Program-made: the position numbers and the translations under genes
NCBI GenBank assembly: GCA_020891255.1
Contig: BQFW01000006.1
Coordinates: 1,364,001 to 1,428,000 of the forward strand
From: Entomortierella parvispora E1425
Taxonomy: Eukaryota; Fungi; Mortierellomycota
Direction of reading: 5' to 3'
DNA length: 64,000 bases
Shown: positions 36,494 through 49,583 of the stretch, one piece after another
Layout: every line of letters begins with the position of its first letter
Position numbering within the stretch: the first letter of the stretch is position 1
Notes under the pieces: model-generated
Database searches by the model: none
Told to the model about the DNA's origin: nothing
Seen by the model: the letters and a program-made list of their open reading frames with translations, nothing else

Positions 36494-38233
36494 ATGTCCA
36501 CCGCCACCACCCGTGCAGTCGATCTTCCACCAGAGATCCTGCACCAGATCTCTCTCAATCTCACTCAGCACGATCGCACTGTAAGTGTTCGCGTATGCAA
36601 GACCTGGCAAAAATGGTTCACGCCTTCCCTCTGGCATACCGTCGACTTCAAAGAATCACTCTTTTGGCGCTCTGACCAACTTGACCGCCTCAATGCTCTC
36701 GTCGGCGATCTGGATGCCCAAGAGAGCACTCATGCGGAAGCCTCTGCAGAATTGACGCCCGAAGCTGCAGTAGCGGCTAAAATCGCGCGTCAAGGGTTCA
36801 TCCGCAACTTGGGCTATATCCGAGTCTTGAGGATCCAGCATGCGGCCCATTGGAACCTTTTTCTTGACCCCCATGGCTCTTTAAATCAGTCGAAAAAGCT
36901 GGACCTCCAAGAATTGTCTGCCAACTTTCAGGGCCCCAAGGCTACGGACGCAGTGGAACCGCTCATTCAGCTCCTTTTGCGGTCTGGACAACTAAGGACA
37001 CTCTCAATGCAAACGAATTACCTCACTCCCGAAGCTACTGAGCGACTGTTTGCTGTGTTGCCACAGAGCCTTGAAAGCTTGACTTTTATCTCCCAGCACA
37101 ACATAGCCGACGGTGAACAACGTCCGGAGCAGGACGAGGAAGCAAGAAAGGCCTCGCTGGAACGAATTGCAAAGTTGCCAACCTCAGGAAATCTGGATCA
37201 ATTGAAGGTTTTGTCTGTCACTGGGCTACAAATGAGCATGACTGCTCTGATGGCCCTTCTCAAACGATGCCCTGCGCTGGAGGAATTGGACATCAGTGGT
37301 GTTGTGGAAGGCGTGGAGGATAGTCGTCTGGAAGAGATTGTCTCCAAGGGAAGTGCCAAGGGGTGGAAGACTTTGGGATTCAAGGACACTTGGGCGTCCC
37401 TCGGCCCAAAGACAGTGACCGCCATCCTACACCATGCCGGTACACTCGAGAACTTTCGTCTCTGTCACTGCGCTGCGTTTCCAAGTTCTATGATCCAAAA
37501 GCTCCTTTGCTCGGCCCCCAAACTGAAGCGATTCGATATGATCCCGAGCACTATCCTCGATGATATCGAACAGCGTTTCTTGATGGCCGATGACATTATC
37601 AATTCGGATCAAGAGTGGGCCTGCCTCGAATTAGAGACGTTCAAGTGTATGATCGCAGGGATCCCTCGGCCAGATGTTGAAGAAAAGAGTAATGGTCGAC
37701 CCTTGACAGATCATCCTCTTCACGACCCCGAGCAAGTGACGATGGAAAGGAGCCGAGGCGTTCAAAGACGCGTCTTGGCTCAACTGGGCCGACTCACCAA
37801 GCTCCGGGAGATCACCTTGGGTGTGGACGTGTTGGAAGAGGACCATATTGGAGACCATGAACTCCATTCCGAGGAACAGGAGTTGGAAGGCGACTATTAT
37901 GACGAGGACGATGTTCAGCTAGGAAAGCAGTACCGATGCCTGTCCATGTCCCTGGAGAATGGGCTCGATTTGTTAGAGAATTTGAAGTGCCTGCAAAGAC
38001 TCCATATTGAGAAGATGAGCACCAACGTGGAAGAGGAGGAACAGGAGTGGATGAGAGAGAACTGGCCCGTGTACAGAAGGAAGTCTAGAGATACCTTTTG
38101 GACCTCGAGAGGCCACCAGGTAGGCGAGTTCACTGACGATAGCCTTGAGATAATGGAAGACGTGGGCGAGGACGATGACTGCAATGATGCAACTGAAAAC
38201 TACGGCGAGGAGGAACGCTTCGATTGGTGGTAG
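36494..38233 (+). CDS. F-box / RNI-like LRR protein, intronless
   Basis: N-terminal F-box DLPPEILHQISLNL...VRVCKTWQKWFTPSLW. LRR-like units CPALEELDIS, APKLKRFD, WACLELETFKC, QLGRLTKLREITLG and LSMSLENGLDLLENLKCLQRL. Confidence 0.88.
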   Translation: MSTATTRAVDLPPEILHQISLNLTQHDRTVSVRVCKTWQKWFTPSLWHTVDFKESLFWRSDQLDRLNALVGDLDAQESTHAEASAELTPEAAVAAKIARQGFIRNLGYIRVLRIQHAAHWNLFLDPHGSLNQSKKLDLQELSANFQGPKATDAVEPLIQLLLRSGQLRTLSMQTNYLTPEATERLFAVLPQSLESLTFISQHNIADGEQRPEQDEEARKASLERIAKLPTSGNLDQLKVLSVTGLQMSMTALMALLKRCPALEELDISGVVEGVEDSRLEEIVSKGSAKGWKTLGFKDTWASLGPKTVTAILHHAGTLENFRLCHCAAFPSSMIQKLLCSAPKLKRFDMIPSTILDDIEQRFLMADDIINSDQEWACLELETFKCMIAGIPRPDVEEKSNGRPLTDHPLHDPEQVTMERSRGVQRRVLAQLGRLTKLREITLGVDVLEEDHIGDHELHSEEQELEGDYYDEDDVQLGKQYRCLSMSLENGLDLLENLKCLQRLHIEKMSTNVEEEEQEWMRENWPVYRRKSRDTFWTSRGHQVGEFTDDSLEIMEDVGEDDDCNDATENYGEEERFDWW

Positions 38234-38480
38234 TTTTACTTCGCCGAATAAAAGAATGTGCTGCTTCTCTTGGACCCAGGGTTTGATTGTATCGGATTTG
38301 TATTTAATACCATTCATTTTTCAAAGACCATCCTTCATAGGCTTGCCGTGGACAGAGAGTTATTCTCATGCACTCGAGTTCCTACACGTTAACACTTGAG
38401 CATGTCCCTCAACACGGGGCGTAGATCGGGCTGACTGAGAGTAGCGTGCTGTTTGCCACCATTTAGTTTGCCACCAATGA

Positions 38481-39404
38481 AAGAATTTCTCTCCAAAACT
38501 TGAAGAGTTGATTGTCGATGGAGATCAAGCGACTTGGGATAACTCTTCACTGGCCGAGGTCGTATCCAGTATCTCTTCCAAAGGCTGGAAGACCCTGAGC
38601 TTCAGGTCACTCCATGACAAGGGTGGGCCTCTCACTGTTTCAGCCTTCTTCGGAACAGCGCGACTCTGGGAAATCTTCGATTACCGGAATGTGAAGCGTT
38701 TGACAGCAAATTAATCCAGAAACTTTTGTGCTTGGCACCAAATCTCAGACGTTTTGATTGCATCGCAGGCCATATCGATGGAGAATTAGAGCCCCTTTCA
38801 TTGATGGCTTTGGATATTGTCGAGTCCGCAGAAAACTGGGCATGTCTTGAGCTGGAGACCTTCAAGCGCTACATTGGAGGAGTCCCGAGACCAGGTATCA
38901 CCGTAAGCGACCTCTCACAGGGATCTACAATAATGGTGAAGTTATTCCATGCCCCGAAGTCGCACGATCCAACGTCAGGTTTTAGCTCAATTTGGTCGCC
39001 TCACCAAACTTCGAGAGATCACACTGGGAATGGTCAACTACGAGTCTGCGAACCATCAGGCCCATTGGGATGAGAAGAGGATGGAGGGCGAGTATTACTC
39101 TGATACGGACTATGAGCTTGGGTCTCAATACCAATGTCTGAGCATGTCACTTCAGGACAGACTGGATGAGCTGAAGGGTCTCAAGTGCCTCCGAAGACTG
39201 ACCCTTGAAAGGATGATGCTCGATATGGGCGAAGCAGAACACATGTGGATGAAAGAGAATTGGCCAGAATATGAAAAGGAGTCCAAAGATTCTCTTTGGA
39301 CTGAGAGAGGCCACAACACTGGTGTTGGCACCTGTCTCTATTATGAAAAGTTTCAAGTCGACTATGAAGCAGAAAAAGCCCTTGAAACTTATGATTGGTG
39401 GTAG
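38481..39404 (+). pseudogene. Frameshifted, 5'-truncated tandem paralog of the upstream F-box/LRR gene
   Basis: Homology to the C-terminal half of the neighbour is split over three frames (SPKLEELIVDG..KGWKTLSF / ATLGNLRL..IQKLLCLAPNLRRFD..WACLELETFK / RSRTIQRQVLAQFGRLTKLREITLG..DWW). Breaks at about 38645 and 38900-38950; no F-box. Confidence 0.8.
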
Positions 39405-39943
39405 ACCTTATCTTGCCTCATAATAAAGTCTGCAGTCGTTTTCCTTGGGTGCTACCATTTTGCTACTGCTCATTTGCCACTACTTGAGCCCGCGGCTGAA
39501 GAATACCAAGGCGCCTGGTTGATGCCGGCTGATCAGTCAATGCTCGGTCAATGTTACTCCCAGTCTTTCTCAAGTCCGCTGCCGCTCACCAAACGAACTG
39601 AGCCTTCAACAACAGCTCACATGCACCAGACCACCTTGATGAGACTGGTCGCCCAGCAAGGTCTCCATCATGACTGGATGGCCTTCAAATACTCGTCAAA
39701 GACTCTTTTCTTGTGTTTTTCTTTCTTTCCTTTCATCATTCACTATTACCTTCCTCCCACTCTGCCGTCACCCCCAATTCCCTGCCGTTGCACTATTCTA
39801 CTCTCTCCCGCCCATTCGTTCAGCTCTCTTTCAGAACACTTCTTCGGTCCTACAGCTTTGTTTTTGCTCAGGACAAAGTATCAGTCTGACTAGGTACCTT
39901 GTGGATCACAGGCGGAGGTGCGCTAGAGTACTTCATTGCGACT

Positions 39944-40514
39944 ATGAACTGACAGTCATCTCCTCTTCCCCGCCTACAAACTCCTTACCTTCAGTTTGGT
40001 CCTGCTTGCTGCTATCTTTGTGATTCCGAACCCATCTTAGTAAAAAGTCGCTCGAAAACGGAAAATGGCATGCGTTGGTTTTGAATTTGGCCACAATACA
40101 ACCATTGTGCCAGCACCACTTGTCGGCGCACACCACTCGACGCCATTCAACATTATTGAAAATCAGCCTTGTGTGTTAAACTTCTACGGGCCCGTAGTAT
40201 CATGTGGCGTTAAAGGTAGCCGTGGCGAAACGGGATGTTGCTGCGACATTGGCGACGGTAGAGTATTCGAAGTGCCTCTGTTGGGGTACAACACCACACC
40301 GAGTGTGTACATCCAATGCGATAATGGTATAATTCCAACCGTTCAGCCGAATGACGAGACAAGTGCTCCAACAAGCACTGCACCGCCAACTTTCGGTCCG
40401 CCTCCAACGCGAACGGCCGAACCGTCTCCAACACGAACCTTGACATCAGGTGCAGCTAAAAAGAAGATTGGTGCCACACTTTTGATGGTCGCGTTTGTCG
40501 TGGTGGTATTTTAG
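39944..40514 (+). pseudogene. Probable disrupted small Cys-rich GPI-anchored surface protein
   Basis: ORF 40065-40514 has 7 Cys, a T/P stalk and a hydrophobic C-terminus (GATLLMVAFVVVVF). A signal-like stretch (YKLLTFSLVLLAAIFVI) lies upstream in the same frame but is separated by TAG-TAA at 40038-40043 and lacks an in-frame ATG. Confidence 0.45.
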
Positions 40515-41324
40515 ACAAGCTAGAAGCCTAGAACTATATGGCAGCCTGTGGGAATGGAGAACTGGCCAGAGTATGGAAAGAAGTCCAAGGATACCTCTTG
40601 GGCGTCGAGGGGCCGTTTTGTCGGACCTATGACTGGTGGTAATCAGGCTCTCTTTCAATAAAACCTGGGTCGATATTCTTCACTGGTTGTTGCCGACACG
40701 AACGAAAGAAAAACAATGAAATGTGGGCAAAGGAAAGAGACGAAGGATGGTGTTCAATTGAATTCTGGGCTGCTGTCTATCCCGATGACGGCGCTATTGA
40801 AGAACGCGTCTTTGGTGCTTCCAATAGTAAGGCTCAGATGATTCACCCGCATTTCCACCTGCGCAACAACGGATCCTCCATTGCGCGCCGGTGGGGCAGG
40901 AAAGTTGGGGAGAGACAAAATGTGGAGGAGGGTCAGCTGGGAAAGAAAAGGTGGGGGAGGAGAAGAAGGGCAAGGGAAAGCACGGACGGAGGACGGCCGC
41001 GATGGCTGTGTTTCCGTTGTCCGTGGTCAAGATTTGAGCAGGATTCACCACGGAGAGAAAAAAAGTTCGGGCAAGTTAGGAAGGAGCGAGTCAGGAACCC
41101 ATCTGCTGGTCACTCGTTTCTACATGTAGGTTTTTTTAATTTAGCTTTTTGTTCAGGACGAGAAAGAAGCGGATGCGGAGAGATGGCTGAGGACAGCGAT
41201 GCGCGACGTTCGACGGAGGAGAAGGGCACGGAGGGCAAGGGAAGGAAATGACGACGAGGGACCGCGCTTTATTGCACCTTTTCTTCCTTCCCCACAGAGA
41301 ACAAAAAAAAAAAAAAAAAGAACC

Positions 41325-43129
41325 ATGATCCGTCCCCTCTCCCTCGTCGCCCGCCGAGTCCTTCCTCGCTCGCCTATTTCTTTGTCCGCGTCGCCAGCCC
41401 TTTCTTTCTCTTCTTTCTCTTCTCGCTCTATCCCTTTCCTCATCCGCTCCTCATACTCTACAATGTCCTCCCACAAGCTTTGCATGATCCCTGGTAATGA
41501 CATTGCTGCTGCATGCATCTTCATGCATTCATTCTTCTGTCATTGCTCGAGGGTCTTGTCACTTCTTGCTAACGTCTATTGCTTTCCGAAAATTAGGTCC
41601 CATCGAGTTCCACGAGGATGTCCTCCAGGCCATGGCCACCCCCGCTACTTCCCACGTCGCCCCCAACTTCATCCCCGCTCTCGGCGAGTCCATCGAGTTG
41701 TTGCGTCAGATCTTATTCACCTCCGGACAGCCCTTCATTATTGCCGGATCCGGTACCCTCGGATGGGACATGACCGCCTGCAACTTGATTGAGGCTGGCG
41801 AGAATGTCCTTGTCTGCAACTCTGGATACTTCGGCGACCGCTTCGGCGAGTGGTAAGCAACGTTTTTCACTAGGCTGCATTAGCTATCAGTACAGGAGCA
41901 AAGAAGCAAACATGGAGGCCAATTCATGATTCAGAGAACCAACCCAAAAAAAGTGGATCAGTCAGGTCGAGCGCGGGTTTCTCGGATCGGAACAAAAAAA
42001 AATCCCCTGGGTCTTCGGCGTTCTAAAATATGTGGAGAAGCCCTTTGGGATCTGGACCACGTTTGATGATCGTGACCATGGCCATGAGGAATCATCGCCG
42101 ATCGACAAGGGCGACCATTCAAAGAGAGGGCTGGATATTCCGGACATCAAACAATGCTGGGGCAGCCAAAAGTTGCGTTACACAGCACAAGATTTACCTT
42201 TTTTTTCAAAAAAGAATTGCCCGCAAAAAACCATCATTGACTCAATCCTATTTCTTCCCTCTCTGCCAAACAGCTTGGAGACCTACGGTGCCAAGGTCAC
42301 TCACCTTCGTGTCCCTATTGGGGAGTCCCCCAAGTTGGCTGCCGTTGCCGCCGCCTTGAAGACCAAGAAGTTCAAGGCCATTACCATCACCCACGTCGAC
42401 ACCTCTACCGGAGTTCTTTCCGACATCAAGGGAATCGCCGAGGTCGTCCGCAAGGAGTCCCCCGAGACTCTGGTTGTTGTCGATGGTGTCTGCTCGGTCG
42501 GTTCAGAGGAGATCCGTATGGATGCCTGGGGCATTGATGTTGTCGTCACTGCCTCCCAGAAGGCCCTGGGAGCTCCCCCCGGTCTTTGTGTTATGGGTGT
42601 TTCTGAGCGCGCCATCCAGGTCTTCAAGAACAGAAAGACCCCCGTTGCCAACTACTACGCCAACTGGAACCGCTGGTTGCCCATCATGAACGCTTACGAG
42701 GCTCGTAAGCCCTCTTACTTTGCCACCCCTGCTGTTCAGAACGTCTTTGCTCTCAACGTCTCGCTTAAGCAGATTGTCGCCCAGGGTATTGAGAAGCGCT
42801 TCGCCGTCCATAAGGAGGCCTCCGCCAAGGCTAAGAAGTTTATCCATGATCTCGGTTTGACTTTGGTTCCCACTTCTCTCGAGCATGCTGCTAACGGTAT
42901 GTCGGCCGTCTACTACCCCGAAGGTGTCACTGCCACTGACTTGTTGCCCAAGTTGGCTGCCCATGGCATCGTTGCTGCTGGTGGTCTCCATGTCGACATC
43001 GCCCCCAAGTACTTCCGCATTGGACACATGGGTATCTCCGTCACGGAGCCTGAGCGTGGTCACTTGGATGCAACCTTGAATGCCGTCAAGGCTTCCTTGG
43101 CCGAGTGTGGCTACAAGGGTGCCCTGTAA
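41325..43129 (+). CDS. AGX1: Alanine-glyoxylate aminotransferase (class V PLP enzyme)
   Basis: Exons 41325-41493, 41597-41852 and 42274-43129. LCMIPGPIEF, GSGTLGWD, THVDTSTG, VVDGVCS and PLP-lysine motif ASQKALG. Second in-frame ATG at 41463. Confidence 0.95.
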
Positions 43130-43338
43130 ATTGTTAGAAAATACCCACTCCTCATTGGCCCCATTTCCACTGTAACATTAAAAAAAAAAACACCCAAGAG
43201 AAGAACAATGATGATGATCAGTGTAATAATTGGTTTCGTACCTGAGTTCGCAAATAGGATTTATTGTTTTGTCAGTTTCATGTTGGCGACAAAGCGAGAA
43301 ATGTTGATGTCAACGATAATTTTTGCGATTACTGCGAA

Positions 43339-45071
43339 TTACTCCTTGGGCTGTGAGTCAGCGGCTGTCTCTGACACGGCCTTGTTCTTGACCGACTGCA
43401 TCACTCGTTCACGGAGCAGCTTCTCTCGTAACTCATTCTCCAGTTTCTTCAAGTCCACAGGTGAAGGACGTGTCTCAGTTGAAGAAGGTTCTTTGGCGCC
43501 GCTTTGTGCATCTCCATCTTTCGCTGATTTTGTTGATTGACGATCCCTAGCAGACGATGATGACGAGCGAGGTGGTGGAGTTCTAGTTCCTGATTTTGAT
43601 CTGCTTCTGGATCGAGTACTGTTTTTCACTGGCGGGCTGCGTTTCCTTTCATGGCTTCTGGATCGACTTATAGAATCCCGGCGTCTGCGCTTGGATCGAT
43701 CGTCAACGCTTTCACGACGATCGCGACTTCTATTCCTATCTCTGCCGCTATAATCCCGACCACTATGGTCTCGACCATTGCCACGGCGTTCTCGACTGTA
43801 ATCTCTACCGCGTGTCCAACTGCGGCTTCGACTACGACTGCGTCGACGGCCGCCTCGGTTGTAATCATCCCGTCCTGATCGACGGTAGTCGCGATGATCC
43901 CGGCCTTCATCTCTTGAAAACCGACCACTACCTCTTCCGTTGCCATTGCCATTTTCATGGTGGTGACGTCTGCTATCTCGACCATCTCTACTCCTTGACC
44001 TCTCGCGGCGATGGTCTCTTCCATGACTACTCTCTCCGCCTCGACTCTGTGCAGCCTATTAAGAATCAGGCGATGAATCCAAGGTTAGAATTGACGGCAC
44101 AATTTCCATCATGTCCAGTCTTTTTGGCTGCATTTCCAACTATGATGAGCGCTTACTGGTGAATCAAAGGATGTAGATGCCCGGGGTCGATTCAAATCCC
44201 GGATCGCCTGTGCTTTTTGCCGTACTTCATTCGCAAGGGCGCGCTCTTTGTCCTCCTGCTCCCTGATTTTGGCCAGCTGAGCTGCCTTATAAGCTTGAGA
44301 TTCCAGCAATTTCGCCTTTTCATCCTCCAAGAATTGACGGGGAATGCCTCCAAGACTATCCTGTGCACTGATCAAATGCTTCCAGAGCTCCAGCACAAAC
44401 ACTTGAGAGTTCTTGTCCAGAAATCCCTGTAGGTTGATCTGCATCGACTTTGGATCCGGTGACTATTACCGTTCAAGGTAGTGAAGGAACAACCGGGTAC
44501 TAGTCAGAGATGTACATATACATATATAATGAGATAGCAAGTAGGAAGATGATCGGAGGAGTACTTACAGGTGCATCCAACATTCCAAAGGCGTAGTCAA
44601 CGACAACATCGTCATCGAACCCAAGAAGCTCAACGACACGCTTTGACATCCATTCTTTGATAACGTCTTTGTTGACCTTTTTCATGTCGACCTATTTTAG
44701 TGAAAACAAAAAGGATGAGTTTTCTCATTTCACCGTTGTTCTGTCAAGTTCCATTTGGTGAGGGCATTGGACGTTTTGAAACAGAGTGACCATGTGTTCT
44801 GCTCTCCCTAGTGTATTCCTCCATGGCGATGTGTGCCAGATGTCTTTCCTCACCTTCTGATTGAACTCGGAAGGAAAGTGCAAGGAACGGAGCAACTTCT
44901 TTTCCTTGTCACTAAAGCGGGAATCTTGGCCCGCGCTTGTACCCTAATTCGAAAGAGACAACAAAGGATCAGTAACACGTAAACACAGCAGTTTTTCCTG
45001 ACCAGTACATGTCTCCTGAACCGAAAGATGCCAGGTCCGTCTGGTACCTTGAAGAATCCAGCGTCACCCAT
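43339..45071 (-). CDS. PWI-domain RS-rich splicing factor (SRRM1/SRm160-like)
   Basis: MGDAGFFKGTSAGQDSRFSDKEKKLL, FNQKVDMKKVNKDVIKEWMSKRVVELLGFDDDVVVDY and DPKSMQINLQGFL...FVLELWKHLISAQDSLGGIP, then an RS/RD-rich tail. Several GT-AG introns. Confidence 0.9.
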
Positions 45072-45699
45072 GGTGTTGAAGAGAGTGAAAAAAACAGAGT
45101 GTGGAGGGATGCAATGGAGATCTTGCATGGACCGACATGAGTTTTGCGAGAGCAAGAGCAATGAAAGTGGCAGTCACAATTCGCCACCAATTTTTTTTTG
45201 TTCTCTGCTCTTCCCCTCTGCTCCTGCTGCCGATGGCAATGGTGCTTTTTGAACCAAAACTGCAACATCCTTGCTTCGTGCACCAAGGACCAGTAAACAG
45301 ATCATGTGGCTGTTGTTGAATAAGAAACGGCTTTCAACGCTTTGCCCTTTTGGTCCTGTCAAGTTCTGTCGGGTTGGTGACACCTCTCTTTCGAGTACAT
45401 ACAAGCCCTTCTGGAGCTGCGCAGACGCAGAGTTCGTGCCTGTACATAGACAGTCAAGGGACCAAAGCAGGAGATGACCCACATACTATTGCAGGGGGGA
45501 AACGGCAGCGCCGATCCACCGGCCCTGGATCCGTTCCTTGAAAGTCTCAACCTGTGAGGTGTGAGCGGACGGTCAATTGAGAGCCGCCCGTCAAATGAAC
45601 TTTCGAATTGTCCAGAACCAGCCACAACTCAGTGGGAAGGAGATTGAAAACAAAAAAAAAAAAAAAAAGTGCTTCGCAAACAAAAACAAAACAAAAAGG

Positions 45700-45707
45700 T
45701 ATAAAAG
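45700..45707 (+). promoter_or_regulatory. Putative TATA box of CTP synthase
   Basis: TATAAAAG followed by a CT-rich tract, about 150 nt upstream of ATG 45849. Confidence 0.5.
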
Positions 45708-45848
45708 GACCCCTCATCCGCTCTTCGTTTGTTCTTTCCCTCTTTTCTGGGCTAATTCCTTTCATATAATATCCCTTTTTCCCATATCCCTTTGTCCTTT
45801 GTCCTTTCCCTTCCTCCTTTCACACCCCCAATAAAAACGAATCTCAAG

Positions 45849-47669
<1,821 letters not shown>

Positions 47670-47838
47670 AATAGCATTTTTTTCTTGTAGTCCCCTCCCG
47701 TTTTATTCATAAAGCATGTTTTTGTATCAATATTTGAATTGCGTTTTGCAAGCATCGCGAAAAGAGAGAGAGACTGGTCGAAACTGGTCGAAAGTGAATA
47801 AGCAGATGCCCACAAGCTCTTCAATCATAGGTTGGAGA

Positions 47839-48564
47839 TCAGATCGGGCTTCTTCGTCGTCGACGGTGGTAGCTGGAACTCCCCCTCCTGCCCTTTCGGC
47901 AAACGCCAATCTCGCAGCCATGGCACAGATCTGCAACGTGGGGTCGGGTCGGGTGAAAATCATCCTCCAGGTCTGTCTCGACTTCCCTGTTGCCCATCCA
48001 AAGGTCGAGAGCCATAATCACCTTTCGGGAAAAATCCTCGACATCAATCTTGGGCTCCACATATCGCTTGCATTCTCGGCACTTTTGAGAGTGGATGAGT
48101 ACCCTGTAGCTGCAACGCTGTCCTTTTGACTTCTTCCGATTTCTCAAGTCATCATGGAGAGCGTCCTTGTCAGTCGCGTCAGAGCACCATATCTCGGTTG
48201 ATATCACGCTTGAGGTCCAGACGCGATGAGGGCGGCATGACTGACAAACAAAGATGCCCTTCACTGATCGCTCCCCATACCGGCTGTCTTGGGTTTCCCT
48301 CCAAGCCGGGGTTGTGTCGTTGTCCCTTTTGTTGTCTCTACTGCTGGCTTTGTAGCTGTCTTTGCTGCTACCGCTGTTGTTGCCTCTGCTCTGGCCCTGG
48401 TAGCGACTTTGAGAGTCAATCCGCCCGAGCATATGATCGTAAGTCAAAAGACAATAGCCGTGGTCGACCGCAACAACGTCGCTATGGAGAAAGCTCCCGT
48501 CGTACTGTTCTCGTGCAAGAGGAATCTCAGAAGAAACTGTGTAGAACTGTCCGTGATGTTGCAT
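47839..48564 (-). CDS. 3CxxC-type zinc-binding domain protein (RTP-like)
   Basis: GIFVCQSCRPHRVWTSSVI...YRVLIHSQKCRECKRYVEP...PHVADLCHGCEIGVC matches the zf-3CxxC pattern. The likely ATG at 48564 is uncertain. Confidence 0.78.
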   Translation of the reverse strand: MQHHGQFYTVSSEIPLAREQYDGSFLHSDVVAVDHGYCLLTYDHMLGRIDSQSRYQGQSRGNNSGSSKDSYKASSRDNKRDNDTTPAWRETQDSRYGERSVKGIFVCQSCRPHRVWTSSVISTEIWCSDATDKDALHDDLRNRKKSKGQRCSYRVLIHSQKCRECKRYVEPKIDVEDFSRKVIMALDLWMGNREVETDLEDDFHPTRPHVADLCHGCEIGVCRKGRRGSSSYHRRRRRSPI

Positions 48565-48701
48565 GTGAAGAAAATCGTTGGAGTCCACAGGATGACAGGG
48601 GGTGACTGGAAAGACGAGAAAGAAAGAAGGGCAAACGTGAAGGGCAAACGTGGAGGGCAAAAAAAAAAAAATCAAGCAGATCCTTTTTATTGAAGCTTCC
48701 A

Positions 48702-49436
48702 TCAATCTCGCCAGCCACGAACTTCCAACCGCACCGTCCATCGATCAAAGGCATTGACAGCCTTGTGACAAAAGTCGTCCATGTTTATATTTGTCCATGC
48801 ATAGCGTCCACAGCTCTTGCACCTCAAGGTGCACAGGTAGACGCGGTAGCGGTATCGCCGCAAGACCTCTGCTGGTGTCGCGAACCAGAACCAAAGCTCG
48901 ACGCAGATTTTGTCGGAGCTCCAGGACGCGTCAGGACTACATGATAGACAGGTGCCTGTTCCCCGAACAAAGAGTTTTTCTATGCAAGCTCGTCCACGGG
49001 GCAATTCGCCAAAGTTTCGGTCGTAGGACAGAGTGTGCCTCCCTTCCACCGCCTCTGTCAGTCGATCATGGACGAAAAGGCAGTCCACCACTCTGCAAAC
49101 ATGTTTTGGTCCTCTTGCAGGGAATATCTTGGAAATGTTGACGTTTGTGAAGTTTGGATTGGCATAGCGCATTCCAATTGCGATGCTGGAGTCCCTCCAA
49201 AATCTGCTGGCCGGGGGAGCCATTCTAGTATAGGCACCTAACTCGGGATCCCAGATCTCATGTCCAGCCTTGCGCCGAACCCTTTCCAAGTAAATGAGCC
49301 TGCGGACCCACTTTGGATATTTCTGCTCTAAGATCCTGCCAATGTGCTCTGAACTCATCTTGGATAGGACATCAAGAGTTTCGCCTACAACCTTTCGTGT
49401 AGGCACCTCAGGGATCTGCGATGGGTCGAGCGCCAT
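48702..49436 (-). CDS. Second 3CxxC-type zinc-domain protein, C-terminally truncated
   Basis: GTGTCLSCSPDASWSSDKI...YRVYLCTLRCKSCGRYAWT...FCHKAVNAFDRW aligns with the neighbour but stops before the PH-x-C-x2-C module. Confidence 0.68.
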   Translation of the reverse strand: MALDPSQIPEVPTRKVVGETLDVLSKMSSEHIGRILEQKYPKWVRRLIYLERVRRKAGHEIWDPELGAYTRMAPPASRFWRDSSIAIGMRYANPNFTNVNISKIFPARGPKHVCRVVDCLFVHDRLTEAVEGRHTLSYDRNFGELPRGRACIEKLFVRGTGTCLSCSPDASWSSDKICVELWFWFATPAEVLRRYRYRVYLCTLRCKSCGRYAWTNINMDDFCHKAVNAFDRWTVRLEVRGWRD

Positions 49437-49583
49437 TGAATGATCTGCCTCGACTAGAGATGGTTAGGATAAAAGAGAGTTATAGCCAAACTTCCAGAAA
49501 AAATTAAGCGACTCGATGGTGGATCGGAAAAGATAATATTGTAGGCTTCTGTGTACCCTGTCGATTAACTCACCCACCTGATT

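Noticed and set aside
38430-38450. agagtagcgtgct also present near 63980
   Set aside because: A 13-mer match is expected many times by chance in 64 kb, and there is no flanking similarity or terminal-repeat structure.
42032-42273. Apparent N-terminal extension of the 365-aa AGX1 ORF, or a possible intronic snoRNA
   Set aside because: It lies inside the 421-nt intron 41853-42273, whose splicing restores GECLETYG. I found no convincing C/D or H/ACA box arrangement.
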